A stretch of DNA of 64,000 nucleotides from a virus: positions 1,374 to 65,373 of the IMG/VR virus record IMGVR_UViG_3300029825_000007. The stretch is one strand, 5' to 3'. The notes beneath the pieces were generated by a model. The model saw nothing but the letters and a program-made list of their open reading frames with translations, was not told the DNA's origin and made no database searches. Below, one piece after another: positions 45,468 through 54,092 of this stretch; the stretch's first letter is position 1; each line of letters opens with the position of its first letter. A program made the translations under genes and the position numbers.

Positions 45468-46619
45468 TTATCTGTTGTGCAACTTAATTCCTTCTTTGCC
45501 CATGATGTACACTTTTTCGCCAATTAAGACTGCGTAAAGCATTTCACCAGATCTGTAGTGCTTTGCTTTCGCCATCACAATTCCAATATCTCCATTTTTA
45601 GGGTCGTGAAATTCGTTCCACTGATTTGCAAATTTAGGCAAATATTTGTCTATCCATTCCTCATAAAGGGAGTAGCAGGCTTTGCTATTCACAATTTCAA
45701 CCGTATCACAAACTTTAATTTCTTTATTGGAGGGTTTTAGCTTTTCAATCTCCGCTTCAAGCTTTTCACATTCATCAGCAAACCTTTTGACTTTTCTCTC
45801 TAAATACTGGGCTTCGCTTGTAAGGTCGGCATTCATGCTTTCTAATTCCTTGACTTTATCTTTGGATTTCTCGTTTTCGTCCACCAGTTCCTTGTTAATC
45901 TCTTTCTGCTTGGATAACTGTTCTTCCAGATCATCAATCCGATTTGTGGCATGTGCATAATCTCTAATCAATTCTGCGTGCTCATCAACCAGTTCCTTAT
46001 TGATCTCTTTCTGTTTCGACAACTGTTCTTTCAAATTCGCTTTTTCTTCGCCCAGATTATGCACAGCAGTATCTTTATTCCTTTTCAACTGTGCAAAATT
46101 TTCAGCCCAACTCGTATTCGAAATTTCCAGATCACGGATTCTTTCTTTCAGCTGTTCGTTCTCTTTTTTCGCATCCTTGGACACCTCTGGAAATCCCATC
46201 AGTCGGCTATACGCAATGTCCGAGCCTATCTCAAAATCATACTCATCATCTGGATGGCACCTCGCAACTGCGGTTTTTGTTATATCTGTCATACCTCCAC
46301 GAGATGTGTATATAGCAAGTGTTTTATTTCCGTCTCTGATTATGGTTATCGCTTGAGTGTTGTCTTCCATATCTTTTTCCTCCAATTTTTTAAGATTCTG
46401 TCCATAAGTCATTACGCTTGTGTCTCCGACATCAACAACATATCTTCCCAAAGGTGTGACTCTGATTATCTTTGCATTTTTTCCATTCCAGATCACTCTA
46501 TCCCCAACTTCCAATTTAAATAACTTTCCCGCCGTGTTTATACGGACGTTTCTTGTTATATTCCATTTTTTCTCTAATAGCTGATTCCAAATCAATGCCA
46601 TAATGGCCGCACATATCAA
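45468..46619 (-). CDS. coiled-coil protein with a tandem internal repeat; true start probably downstream of 46516
   Basis: EQLSKQKEINKELVDE is duplicated. The annotated 5' end overlaps the MazG gene by about 100 nt. Confidence 0.45.
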   Translation of the reverse strand: MICAAIMALIWNQLLEKKWNITRNVRINTAGKLFKLEVGDRVIWNGKNAKIIRVTPLGRYVVDVGDTSVMTYGQNLKKLEEKDMEDNTQAITIIRDGNKTLAIYTSRGGMTDITKTAVARCHPDDEYDFEIGSDIAYSRLMGFPEVSKDAKKENEQLKERIRDLEISNTSWAENFAQLKRNKDTAVHNLGEEKANLKEQLSKQKEINKELVDEHAELIRDYAHATNRIDDLEEQLSKQKEINKELVDENEKSKDKVKELESMNADLTSEAQYLERKVKRFADECEKLEAEIEKLKPSNKEIKVCDTVEIVNSKACYSLYEEWIDKYLPKFANQWNEFHDPKNGDIGIVMAKAKHYRSGEMLYAVLIGEKVYIMGKEGIKLHNR

Positions 46620-46836
46620 ACACGCGAATCACAACATCAGCCAATTCAAACGGAATGCCACCGGCTGGGGAATAAAATTCTTTCGGATCAAGTCCTCTCC
46701 GGTATTCTTCCAATGCCTCTGACAATTCGCTGTGGCATAAAGCTATCAAGGTTCCAAAATCCGGTTCCTTCTCCCACCAACCATGTTCTACCGCTGTTTT
46801 ATGTGCTTCTTTTACCAATTCATTTATTTGTCCCAT
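46516..46836 (-). CDS. MazG-like nucleotide pyrophosphohydrolase
   Basis: EAHKTAVEHGWWE....ALCHSELSEALEEYR....ELADVVIRVFDMCGHYGIDLE has an all-alpha NTP-PPase pattern. Confidence 0.7.
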   Translation of the reverse strand: MGQINELVKEAHKTAVEHGWWEKEPDFGTLIALCHSELSEALEEYRRGLDPKEFYSPAGGIPFELADVVIRVFDMCGHYGIDLESAIREKMEYNKKRPYKHGGKVI

Positions 46837-47128
46837 CTTCACTTTCGTCCATTGCTTCCAGACGTTCAAACGTCTTTTCGTATTTGGCTTTCAGATCCGC
46901 TACCTCCCGGCATTTATCTGCGTATAGCTTATCTATTTCTAGTAGCTGTTCCGGTGTCAGGCCGATATCTTCATAGGCTGCAAGCTTGTTAATCGCTTCT
47001 CCATCATACGCTCTTATTTCTTCACAACGACGGTAATATAATCCATCCACGGATGTCAAACCTCTATCATAGACTGTCTTGTCTGTGTACCAATGTCCGT
47101 ATGTATCACGCTTAGTTAATCTATTCAT
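46820..47128 (-). CDS. hypothetical protein (shares a LAAYED.GLTP.E motif with 49701..50036)
   Basis: 102-aa ORF. Confidence 0.4.
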   Translation of the reverse strand: MNRLTKRDTYGHWYTDKTVYDRGLTSVDGLYYRRCEEIRAYDGEAINKLAAYEDIGLTPEQLLEIDKLYADKCREVADLKAKYEKTFERLEAMDESEDGTNK

Positions 47129-47130
47129 CC

Positions 47131-47406
47131 TTAATCCTCCACTTCACTATCCTGCGGCATCTGAAAACTATATCTAAATCTTTCCGATTGATTCTCCCAT
47201 GCATCCTGTATCATATCCAGCGCCTTGATTGCCGCTTCTTTTGTGCGATACTAGCCAAGCCTAGCTGAAGGTATATCAATTACAAAACGTTTGCTTTTAT
47301 CATCGTCCAAATTAGTGTAACTGTTGCCTACCATTCCATAAGCGCATACTTTTTCTACGTTGTTTAGATTTATTAGTCTTGCCTTGTCCTGACTTCTAAT
47401 TAACAT
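47131..47406 (-). pseudogene. paralogue of 43172..43402 interrupted by an in-frame TAG (or requiring readthrough)
   Basis: Strong RBS (GAAGGAGGAA). 91 codons with TAG at 47253-47251 (..IPSARLG*YRTKEAAIKAL..). The paralogue has Ile at this position (..GILGIYKSP..). Confidence 0.6.
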
Positions 47407-47428
47407 TCCCTATTCCTCCTTCATAAAT

Positions 47429-48262
47429 CTATACCCCGGTACCCGTATAGCCCGTTGGGTTTACCGGCATCACACCTGGCATATCTGTAAATGAAATCTG
47501 ATCATCTCTATAATTCAGCATTTCTTCCTTTGCCCTGCGGTAAAAATCTTTCGATATCTCAAACCCATACCCATTTCTTTTAGTTTCTTGACACGCTCTA
47601 AGCGTTGAACCGCTACCTGCGCATGGGTCTATCACAACGTCTCCCTCATCTGTAAATATTTCTATAAGCCTTTTCAATACATTTACTGGTTTTTGTGCTG
47701 GATGAATTTTGGGATATTCTTTTGTGCTGTCTCTCTTCCACTCAAACCAATTGAATACCATTTTCCCATTATTCCTAAACTTTGGAAGTTTGTTCCTGTA
47801 AAGAAGCAATGCGTATTCAGTAGCACCGCATACCCTCATGTTCGCTTTCAGCACCTGAGGACTATAATTTTTACAGAAGATCAGTGGAATGTTATGTTTA
47901 AATCCATATTTTTCGGCGTATTTAATAACCGTCTGTATCTGCTCGAAACTACAAAATACTATCATGCACGGAGCATCAGAAGACTTTCCTCTCCCGTTGC
48001 TCTTCTCCGGTTCCTTTTTCAGCAGCCGATTGCAAAAATGGAAGTATTCCGCAATGTTAAAATTAAAATCTGTGTTAAATGCCGCCTTTTTAGCAAGCTT
48101 GCTTTCCCCGTTTTTATTGTCCCCGCCTATGTACCACATGGGATTGGAACCATAAAAGTTATTGCCTATGTTGTACGGGATATCTGCGATTACAAGCTGT
48201 GCTTTTGGTATCCCATACCTTTTATAATTCTGGAAATTGTCATTAATTAATTCTGTTTTCAT
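47429..48262 (-). CDS. DNA methyltransferase (N6-adenine/N4-cytosine, beta-class order)
   Basis: Motif IV-like (IADIPYN) lies near the N-terminus and motif I (VIDPCAGSGST) near the C-terminus. Confidence 0.7.
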   Translation of the reverse strand: MKTELINDNFQNYKRYGIPKAQLVIADIPYNIGNNFYGSNPMWYIGGDNKNGESKLAKKAAFNTDFNFNIAEYFHFCNRLLKKEPEKSNGRGKSSDAPCMIVFCSFEQIQTVIKYAEKYGFKHNIPLIFCKNYSPQVLKANMRVCGATEYALLLYRNKLPKFRNNGKMVFNWFEWKRDSTKEYPKIHPAQKPVNVLKRLIEIFTDEGDVVIDPCAGSGSTLRACQETKRNGYGFEISKDFYRRAKEEMLNYRDDQISFTDMPGVMPVNPTGYTGTGV

Positions 48263-48322
48263 ATTTTTTTAGAAGCCCGGTATACCCTTACCTCTGCAGA
48301 AGGCTGGCTCCTTTCTATTTTG

Positions 48323-49009
48323 CTATTCTGTGTATGCAAACATTTCTTCCTGTGTGTATCCGCTTCCTGCATCATCCACGAAATCAAATAAATTCATTTG
48401 TGATGAATATTCAGAAAGTCTTTTGCTTGCCAATTCGTAATATTGTTTATCAAATTCAAACCCGACATAATCAAGTCCGTTTTTTCTGCACGCTATGAGG
48501 CTGCTTGCACTGCCTACATGTGTATCCAGTATCTTGTCTCCCTTTCTTGCGTATTTATTTAGAATCCAGTCGTATAGGTCTACTGGTTTCTGTGTCGCAT
48601 GGATTCTGTCTCTTTCATTGCTCATGCCGACCCATTCTTTTGAGGTCCCGTCAAGATTAGTCCACGCATATTCACACATCGAAAAACTCATGGATTCCGA
48701 TATTTGAGGCTTCCTCCATATTAAAAAACATTTTGTTGGTGGAAGGTCAAAGTAATTTCCACCCCATATGATTGATTTTCTACTTACTCTGAATAATTCA
48801 TGGAAATACTTTTTATCTGGTGCTGAATTATCCCAATATGCTTTTGGGTAATCACTCTTTTTATCTCCACTTCTGCGCCCCATATTGTTGTTTATGTTAA
48901 TTCCATATGGAGGGTCTACAATGGCCAAATCAAAATATTTATCCGGGAATTGCTTCATCCCCTCCATGCAATCCATGTTGTAAAACCCAAAGTCTAACAT
49001 ATTTTCCAA
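48323..49009 (-). CDS. DNA methyltransferase (N6-adenine/N4-cytosine, beta-class order)
   Basis: Motif IV (IVDPPYG) lies at the N-terminus and motif I-like (ILDTHVGSASS) at the C-terminus. Confidence 0.7.
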   Translation of the reverse strand: MENMLDFGFYNMDCMEGMKQFPDKYFDLAIVDPPYGININNNMGRRSGDKKSDYPKAYWDNSAPDKKYFHELFRVSRKSIIWGGNYFDLPPTKCFLIWRKPQISESMSFSMCEYAWTNLDGTSKEWVGMSNERDRIHATQKPVDLYDWILNKYARKGDKILDTHVGSASSLIACRKNGLDYVGFEFDKQYYELASKRLSEYSSQMNLFDFVDDAGSGYTQEEMFAYTE

Positions 49010-49065
49010 AAAGGAACCGATGCATCTTTACCCGGCCGGGGTTCCGACTCCTTTCTTAGATTTTT

Positions 49066-49239
49066 CTATTTTGCTGCAATCGCTTCTGTGCTCAAAATAT
49101 CAAGCCTCATGATTGACTCCAACAACACCTTGCTGTTATAAACAAAGGCTCCACAGTTCTTACACTTTCTTTGCAATTCTTTGTCTTTAGTTTCATATCG
49201 TCTTACAAACCCACAATTAGGGCATATGTATTTCTTCAT
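49066..49239 (-). CDS. small zinc-ribbon protein
   Basis: AGAGGAGAAAA RBS. MKKYICPNCGF....CKNCGAF... It is not in the ORF track. Confidence 0.45.
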   Translation of the reverse strand: MKKYICPNCGFVRRYETKDKELQRKCKNCGAFVYNSKVLLESIMRLDILSTEAIAAK

Positions 49240-49264
49240 GTTGTTTTCTCCTCTAAATGGCGGT

Positions 49265-49507
49265 TTAGTGATTCAATTTTTCACACCAATCACCATTAAT
49301 CTTCCTCATGGTGTAATCTCCTGTTATAATCCTGTCACTACAGTCAATTGTCATCTCTTCACAATTAACAGAAATAGTCACACAAGTCATATCTGGATAT
49401 AATTCTCTTATAATTTCCAATATCTCTTTATGCTTCTTGTCTTTATTCGTCATACCTACTTCTTTCCCCGGCTCAGCAGCCGGACGCTCTAATACATACT
49501 TTTCCAA
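49265..49507 (-). CDS. hypothetical protein
   Basis: 80-aa ORF. Confidence 0.4.
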   Translation of the reverse strand: MEKYVLERPAAEPGKEVGMTNKDKKHKEILEIIRELYPDMTCVTISVNCEEMTIDCSDRIITGDYTMRKINGDWCEKLNH

Positions 49508-49692
49508 GCTACAACTTCACCATCTTTATACTCTTTACTTTCAGGATTTCTCCAACAATAACTTCGATAGTCATAATATCCAATACCAGTAGTGCCATCA
49601 GTGAACTTTACATATACATCTTCGGTCAGATTCTTGTAAGGTGGCACGATCTACGGTGTATCTTCTTCTACGGGTACCCATTCATCTTTCAT
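49489..49692 (-). pseudogene. DUF551-like protein interrupted by an in-frame TAG at codon 14 (or requiring readthrough)
   Basis: MKDEWVPVEEDTP*IVPPYKNLTEDVYVKFTDGTTGIGYYD...GEVVAWK. The TAG is at 49653-49651. The neighbouring gene has the same W(I/V)PV(D/E)E..P and ..GEVVAW.. pattern without a stop. Confidence 0.55.
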
Positions 49693-49700
49693 ACACCCTC

Positions 49701-50036
49701 CTATTCTGCCTTGCACGGTTCCGGCAGTGGCATCCAGGCAACAACCTCTCCGCTGTCTGCCCATAAGCAAAAACCCTCACCCCTGGTGTAATCCGTAGTA
49801 GCCACAAACTCATCATCCATGCAAACCAATACATATGCATATCCATCTTCGTCAAGTTTAGGCAACTGTTCATCTACCGGAATCCAACCGGTAAGCATCT
49901 TGCCGTCCGTGATTTCATCTGGGGTAAGTCCGGTATCTTCGTAGGCTGCCAGTCTATCGATTGCTTGCCACTCATGCACCCCGGTATTTAATTTATATCC
50001 AGCCTCATATCTGGCTTTATGTGTTAATCTCTCCAT
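49701..50036 (-). CDS. DUF551-like protein
   Basis: ..GWIPVDEQLPKLDEDGYAYVLV......GEVVAWMPLPEP. Confidence 0.5.
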   Translation of the reverse strand: MERLTHKARYEAGYKLNTGVHEWQAIDRLAAYEDTGLTPDEITDGKMLTGWIPVDEQLPKLDEDGYAYVLVCMDDEFVATTDYTRGEGFCLWADSGEVVAWMPLPEPCKAE

Positions 50037-50513
50037 CTATTTTCCCTCCTTTTCTTCCCATGCTTTATAAAACTCACTGCCTTTAATTTCTTCAAACATT
50101 TTAGGATTGTTAAAATCATATTGACTTTGAAAACTGGCATATAAAACATTATTTGACATAAATAATCGTGAGCTTGTTCTTCCAAATAGATTAAATTCAA
50201 AATCAATATGTGGCCTTTTTGGAGTTGTTATTCCCCTTTCCTTGCACCATAAAACCCATTTCTTTGACGTTTTAGAATTAAGCTTAAAATTTCCTTTATC
50301 GTTCTTTTTAAACTCATTTCCAAACTTTTTGCAATCATTATCTGTAGGAACGATAGTCAAACTGTCGCTTGCTAAATATATTTCTGTAGCTTCTATCCCT
50401 TCCTCTTTCGCAAATTCCTTAAACGAATCGCACATTTTGTGTATCATATCTTGATAAACTAAATAATCTTTATAATATCGGCATTCATTTGGTATGATAT
50501 AAAACTTTTCCAT
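50037..50513 (-). CDS. hypothetical protein
   Basis: 158-aa ORF. Confidence 0.4.
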   Translation of the reverse strand: MEKFYIIPNECRYYKDYLVYQDMIHKMCDSFKEFAKEEGIEATEIYLASDSLTIVPTDNDCKKFGNEFKKNDKGNFKLNSKTSKKWVLWCKERGITTPKRPHIDFEFNLFGRTSSRLFMSNNVLYASFQSQYDFNNPKMFEEIKGSEFYKAWEEKEGK

Positions 50514-50532
50514 TTATTTCTCCTCCTCTTGT

Positions 50533-51171
50533 TTAAAATTCCGGTAACTTTCCGTAATCATCAAGTTCTTTGTATTTCTTTATGTACCAGTCAGATTTCT
50601 TCTGGTCTTCTTCCGCACTTCCTTTACTTCCGGCTCTGTACCTGTACTTCCATGCGCACAGTTTACAAAAGGCTTTTGTTTCATCCACACCGAATAGGGC
50701 AATCATTTCATCTATGCATTCCATTTCGTGGCACATATAGTGGTTTGGATGATTAACCGCATCTTCAGTATTTCTCTCTGAATTAGAACAGTTTTCGCAT
50801 GGTTGGAGTAAGGATTCTTCAACTTCTTTTCGTAATCCAGAAATATTTATTGTATAAGTTGCTATACACTTATCAGGATGTTCAAAAGTTTGCAGAGCTA
50901 TAGTATTTACCTTTTCAACGAACCCATAAGACACGGTTCCATCTGGAAAATTAACTCTAACTGCATCATTTTCCTTGAACTTTGGTTCAAATTCTTCATT
51001 TTCTTCATTCCATGGTTCTATCGCACTTTCCGAGTAGTATTCACACCTACCACCTTTAGCACTATTAAATATCACCTTATATGGGAATACATCATCAAAA
51101 TCTATGTTTGTTATGATTCCCATTTGGCCAGAATCATAAGTTTTTACTTTATCTCCAAAATTATAAATCAT
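50533..51171 (-). CDS. DUF3310-domain protein with an N-terminal extension
   Basis: The C-terminal VNHPNHYMCHEMECIDEM...AFCKLCAWKYRYRAGSKG matches the DUF3310 pattern. Confidence 0.5.
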   Translation of the reverse strand: MIYNFGDKVKTYDSGQMGIITNIDFDDVFPYKVIFNSAKGGRCEYYSESAIEPWNEENEEFEPKFKENDAVRVNFPDGTVSYGFVEKVNTIALQTFEHPDKCIATYTINISGLRKEVEESLLQPCENCSNSERNTEDAVNHPNHYMCHEMECIDEMIALFGVDETKAFCKLCAWKYRYRAGSKGSAEEDQKKSDWYIKKYKELDDYGKLPEF

Positions 51172-51555
51172 TTATCCCTCTTTCTGCCCCCTGCGGGGTC
51201 TTATATCATGTATATAGTTTAAACGTCTCACACTGTTTACACGTAGGCCTGTTTGATCTGCTATTTCCCGGTAACTTAGTTTACTGTTTCCCAACAGTTT
51301 GATTGTTTTATTTGTCTGATCTTTGTCGTAATTAACCTTATAGCGGCTCAAATACTCTGCTTTGCTATCAAGTTCTTTTAGCTTTTCAATAAAAAGTTCC
51401 GGGTCTATATCTTCTGATATGAGAAGTCCAAACCATTTTGACCGGATGAACTTCTCTATCTCTTCTTTGTCTTTATTTTTACAGGCAGCCTTATAATCCT
51501 TGACAGTCTGAATAATAATTGCTATGCGTAATTCGTTAATACCATCAGGATTCAT
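51172..51555 (-). CDS. HTH-containing hypothetical protein
   Basis: C-terminal ..LSYREIADQTGLRVNSVRRL.. HTH. Confidence 0.45.
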   Translation of the reverse strand: MNPDGINELRIAIIIQTVKDYKAACKNKDKEEIEKFIRSKWFGLLISEDIDPELFIEKLKELDSKAEYLSRYKVNYDKDQTNKTIKLLGNSKLSYREIADQTGLRVNSVRRLNYIHDIRPRRGQKEG

Positions 51556-51569
51556 TGAAAATCACCGCC

Positions 51570-51977
51570 TTAATTAAATGGGAGTTCCTCATCAATAGAA
51601 TCTGGAATATTCGCAAAATCTTCTTTGTTGCTGTTATTCGCTGCTTCTGACTGGCTTTTCTTACTCTCAACAAATTCATGGTGATCTACAACAACATCTG
51701 TTGTGTACACCTTTACACCGTCTTTGTTGGTATAAGAACCAGTTTGGATGTGCCCGGTGACTGCGATCTTCATTCCTTGATGCAAATATTTTTCGGCAAA
51801 CTCTCCATTCTTTCCAAAAGTAATGCAATTTATAAAATCAGCATTCTGTCCGTCTTTGGTCTTAAAGGACCTGTCAACTGCCAATGCGTACTTTGCAATT
51901 GCTGTCGGATTTTCTCCCTGTGAGTAATAGACGCTAGGGTCTCTCGAAAGTCTACCTATTAAAACCACATTATTCAT
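51570..51977 (-). CDS. ssb: single-stranded DNA-binding protein
   Basis: AAGGAGAAAAA RBS. MNNVVLIGRLSRDP... is an OB fold, and the acidic tail ends ..DEELPFN. Confidence 0.85.
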   Translation of the reverse strand: MNNVVLIGRLSRDPSVYYSQGENPTAIAKYALAVDRSFKTKDGQNADFINCITFGKNGEFAEKYLHQGMKIAVTGHIQTGSYTNKDGVKVYTTDVVVDHHEFVESKKSQSEAANNSNKEDFANIPDSIDEELPFN

Positions 51978-51990
51978 AATGTTTTTCTCC

Positions 51991-52722
51991 TTATCCAAAT
52001 ACTGGCTTATCCAGTTTAATTTCAAGTCCCGGTTCTGCAATTCTTGCTTGAAAATTACCAGGTAACTTGTTTAATGTCTCTATATAACTTTCCGGGTCGC
52101 TGTAACTCCCCAGATGCACTAAAATCACGTTTTGCAGATCTGATGATACATTATCCTTAATTACATCAAGTGTTGTCTCAAAAGCGCAATGGCCTTGTAT
52201 CTTATGCTTGTAATTTGCCATACTATCATCTATCAATGACTTGCTGTAATTTGATTCAATCAAAATATGATTAAGATCAAATCCTGTCAGATCATATCCT
52301 ATGTATTCCATGTCTGTTGAAAATAGAAGATTCCCCATTTCCCGGTGATGGATGATATATCCACAATTAGGAACGCTATGTGGTACTTTAAACGGTATCA
52401 CCTGAAAACTGCCTATATGCTTAGGCTTTAAATCATCCAATCCTATCACATGCACACCATTGATCTGCTTAATATTCTTAGCCTGTTCATGACCGGAATA
52501 GCACTTGATACCTCGTTTACGATACTGTTTGATATATTTGCAATGGTCACTTTAACCATGCTCATGAGATATCAGGCATCCTATTACCTTTGATGGTTCA
52601 AAGTCTATAGCCTTATTGACTGCTGTAAAAGGTACTCCTGCTTCCAATAACAATGTTTCATTCTCTGCTATCAACGCATATCCGTTACCCTTACTACTTG
52701 AACCAATACATCTTAAGAACAT
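51991..52722 (-). pseudogene. metallo-beta-lactamase-fold hydrolase interrupted by an in-frame TAA inside the HxHxDH motif
   Basis: AGAGGGTGA RBS. MFLRCIGSSSKGNGYALIAENETLLLEAG....LISHEHG*SDHCKY... The TAA is at 52554-52552. Removing the 6 nt TAAAGT restores HEHGDH. Confidence 0.65.
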
Positions 52723-52726
52723 ATAA

Positions 52727-53149
52727 TCACCCTCTTTCTTCTAACAATTCTTGTTTTTTCATGCGCCTATATTCATTCTGCTTTTTCCTAATTTCTTCTC
52801 TGTGTCTATAATAATATCGTTTATTAGCTTCTCTCGTTGCTTCTGTAGTATTTGCTCTCCTATTCCTTTCCTTATATTTATCTGTTCCTTTAAATCTTTC
52901 TTGAGTTGCTATACCTTTCTCAGATTTCCTATATCTAAGTAATACTTTTTTGCCTTTTTCTGAACGTTCATATTCTCTTTGCTTTATTTTTCGATGCATA
53001 GTTCTATTATCAAGTCCATCTATAGTTGCAAAATCTTCAATTTTTCTTGTTTGTTCCCGTTCTCCGGGGAATGTACCCCCGGCATAGCAATCGCCAAGAG
53101 GGCAATTAAAACAGTCTGGATAGCAGCACCCCTCTGGAACATAACTCAC
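52727..53149 (-). CDS. basic protein with an N-terminal Cys cluster
   Basis: 140 aa. A CCYPDCFNCPLGDC cluster is followed by a Lys/Arg-rich helical region. Confidence 0.4.
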   Translation of the reverse strand: MSYVPEGCCYPDCFNCPLGDCYAGGTFPGEREQTRKIEDFATIDGLDNRTMHRKIKQREYERSEKGKKVLLRYRKSEKGIATQERFKGTDKYKERNRRANTTEATREANKRYYYRHREEIRKKQNEYRRMKKQELLEERG

Positions 53150-54090
53150 TTTCCATCATCCTCACTTTCCGTCTTATCAAAATCAAATACATTATCTGGC
53201 TCTTCAACCTCAACATCTTCATCTGATACTTTCTCTGGTGCGTTATCTTCGGGTTCATCAAACACGCTGTTATCAATAGGCATCTTCTCTTTATTTGCTT
53301 TATCCTCAATTTCGACTTGCTGATCTGCCAGTATAATGTCCTCTGGCTCTTTCATATCCTCTTTTTCATCCATATAGGCGATCATGCTGTCACCGTATGT
53401 GTTATTAATAAATTTCAGCAAACGATTCTTTACGGTCTTTTCTGCCATCTGGTCTGCAAATTTTTGGTGAGCACCGTCACCTTTTTCTTTGTATCCATAT
53501 CCTTGTTTCCATGCCTGTTTAATCTGGCTGATATTCATAACTTCGGCGATTTTCTCACCATCACTCATAATAGCCACTGCATAAGCCCCAATAATGCGGT
53601 TATTATCAATGTTTTGAAAATCCTGTGTATGTTCATCAATAACGGTCATTCCATCCTCTTTATGGTATTTAAACGTATCCCCGTCATAGATCACACTGGC
53701 ATTTATTTTCTTCATTCCGTATCTTCTGGAAATTGCAGTGTTCCCAAAATAAGATTTCTGGAATTCACACCGGGTACCGTATGCGATAAAATATCCTTGT
53801 TTCTTCTGGACAGATAAGCCATATGTAGCCATATCCATGATGGAGTTCGCAATACTCGATTGTGAGCACTTTTGCAAGATGGATTTTCCGTCTTTCCCCG
53901 GTTCCTTGAGTGCAAGATAAGCACCTGTCAGAGCGTTTGTTACATTGTAATCTGGTGGAAATGTAAGTCCGATCTGTTCTTTCTGCTTTAACTGATTGGC
54001 AAGGCCATCAATAAAAGCATTATTTACAATTAATTGTGCATCCTGATTTCCTTTATCCTGTGTAGCCTGTGTTTTCTTTGCTGTTGCCAT
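53146..54090 (-). CDS. recT: RecT-family single-strand annealing protein
   Basis: ..YFGNTAISRRYGMKKINASVIYDGDTFKY...AYAVAIMSDGE...QKFADQMAEKTVKNRLLK. It has an acidic C-terminus. Confidence 0.75.
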   Translation of the reverse strand: MATAKKTQATQDKGNQDAQLIVNNAFIDGLANQLKQKEQIGLTFPPDYNVTNALTGAYLALKEPGKDGKSILQKCSQSSIANSIMDMATYGLSVQKKQGYFIAYGTRCEFQKSYFGNTAISRRYGMKKINASVIYDGDTFKYHKEDGMTVIDEHTQDFQNIDNNRIIGAYAVAIMSDGEKIAEVMNISQIKQAWKQGYGYKEKGDGAHQKFADQMAEKTVKNRLLKFINNTYGDSMIAYMDEKEDMKEPEDIILADQQVEIEDKANKEKMPIDNSVFDEPEDNAPEKVSDEDVEVEEPDNVFDFDKTESEDDGK

Positions 54091-54092
54091 AA

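Noticed and set aside
45558-46523. Multiple plus-strand ORFs (60-190 aa) within the coiled-coil gene 45468-46619.
   Set aside because: They are antisense products of a repetitive Glu/Lys-rich coding region. The translations are low complexity and Phe/Ser/Leu-rich, with no RBS.
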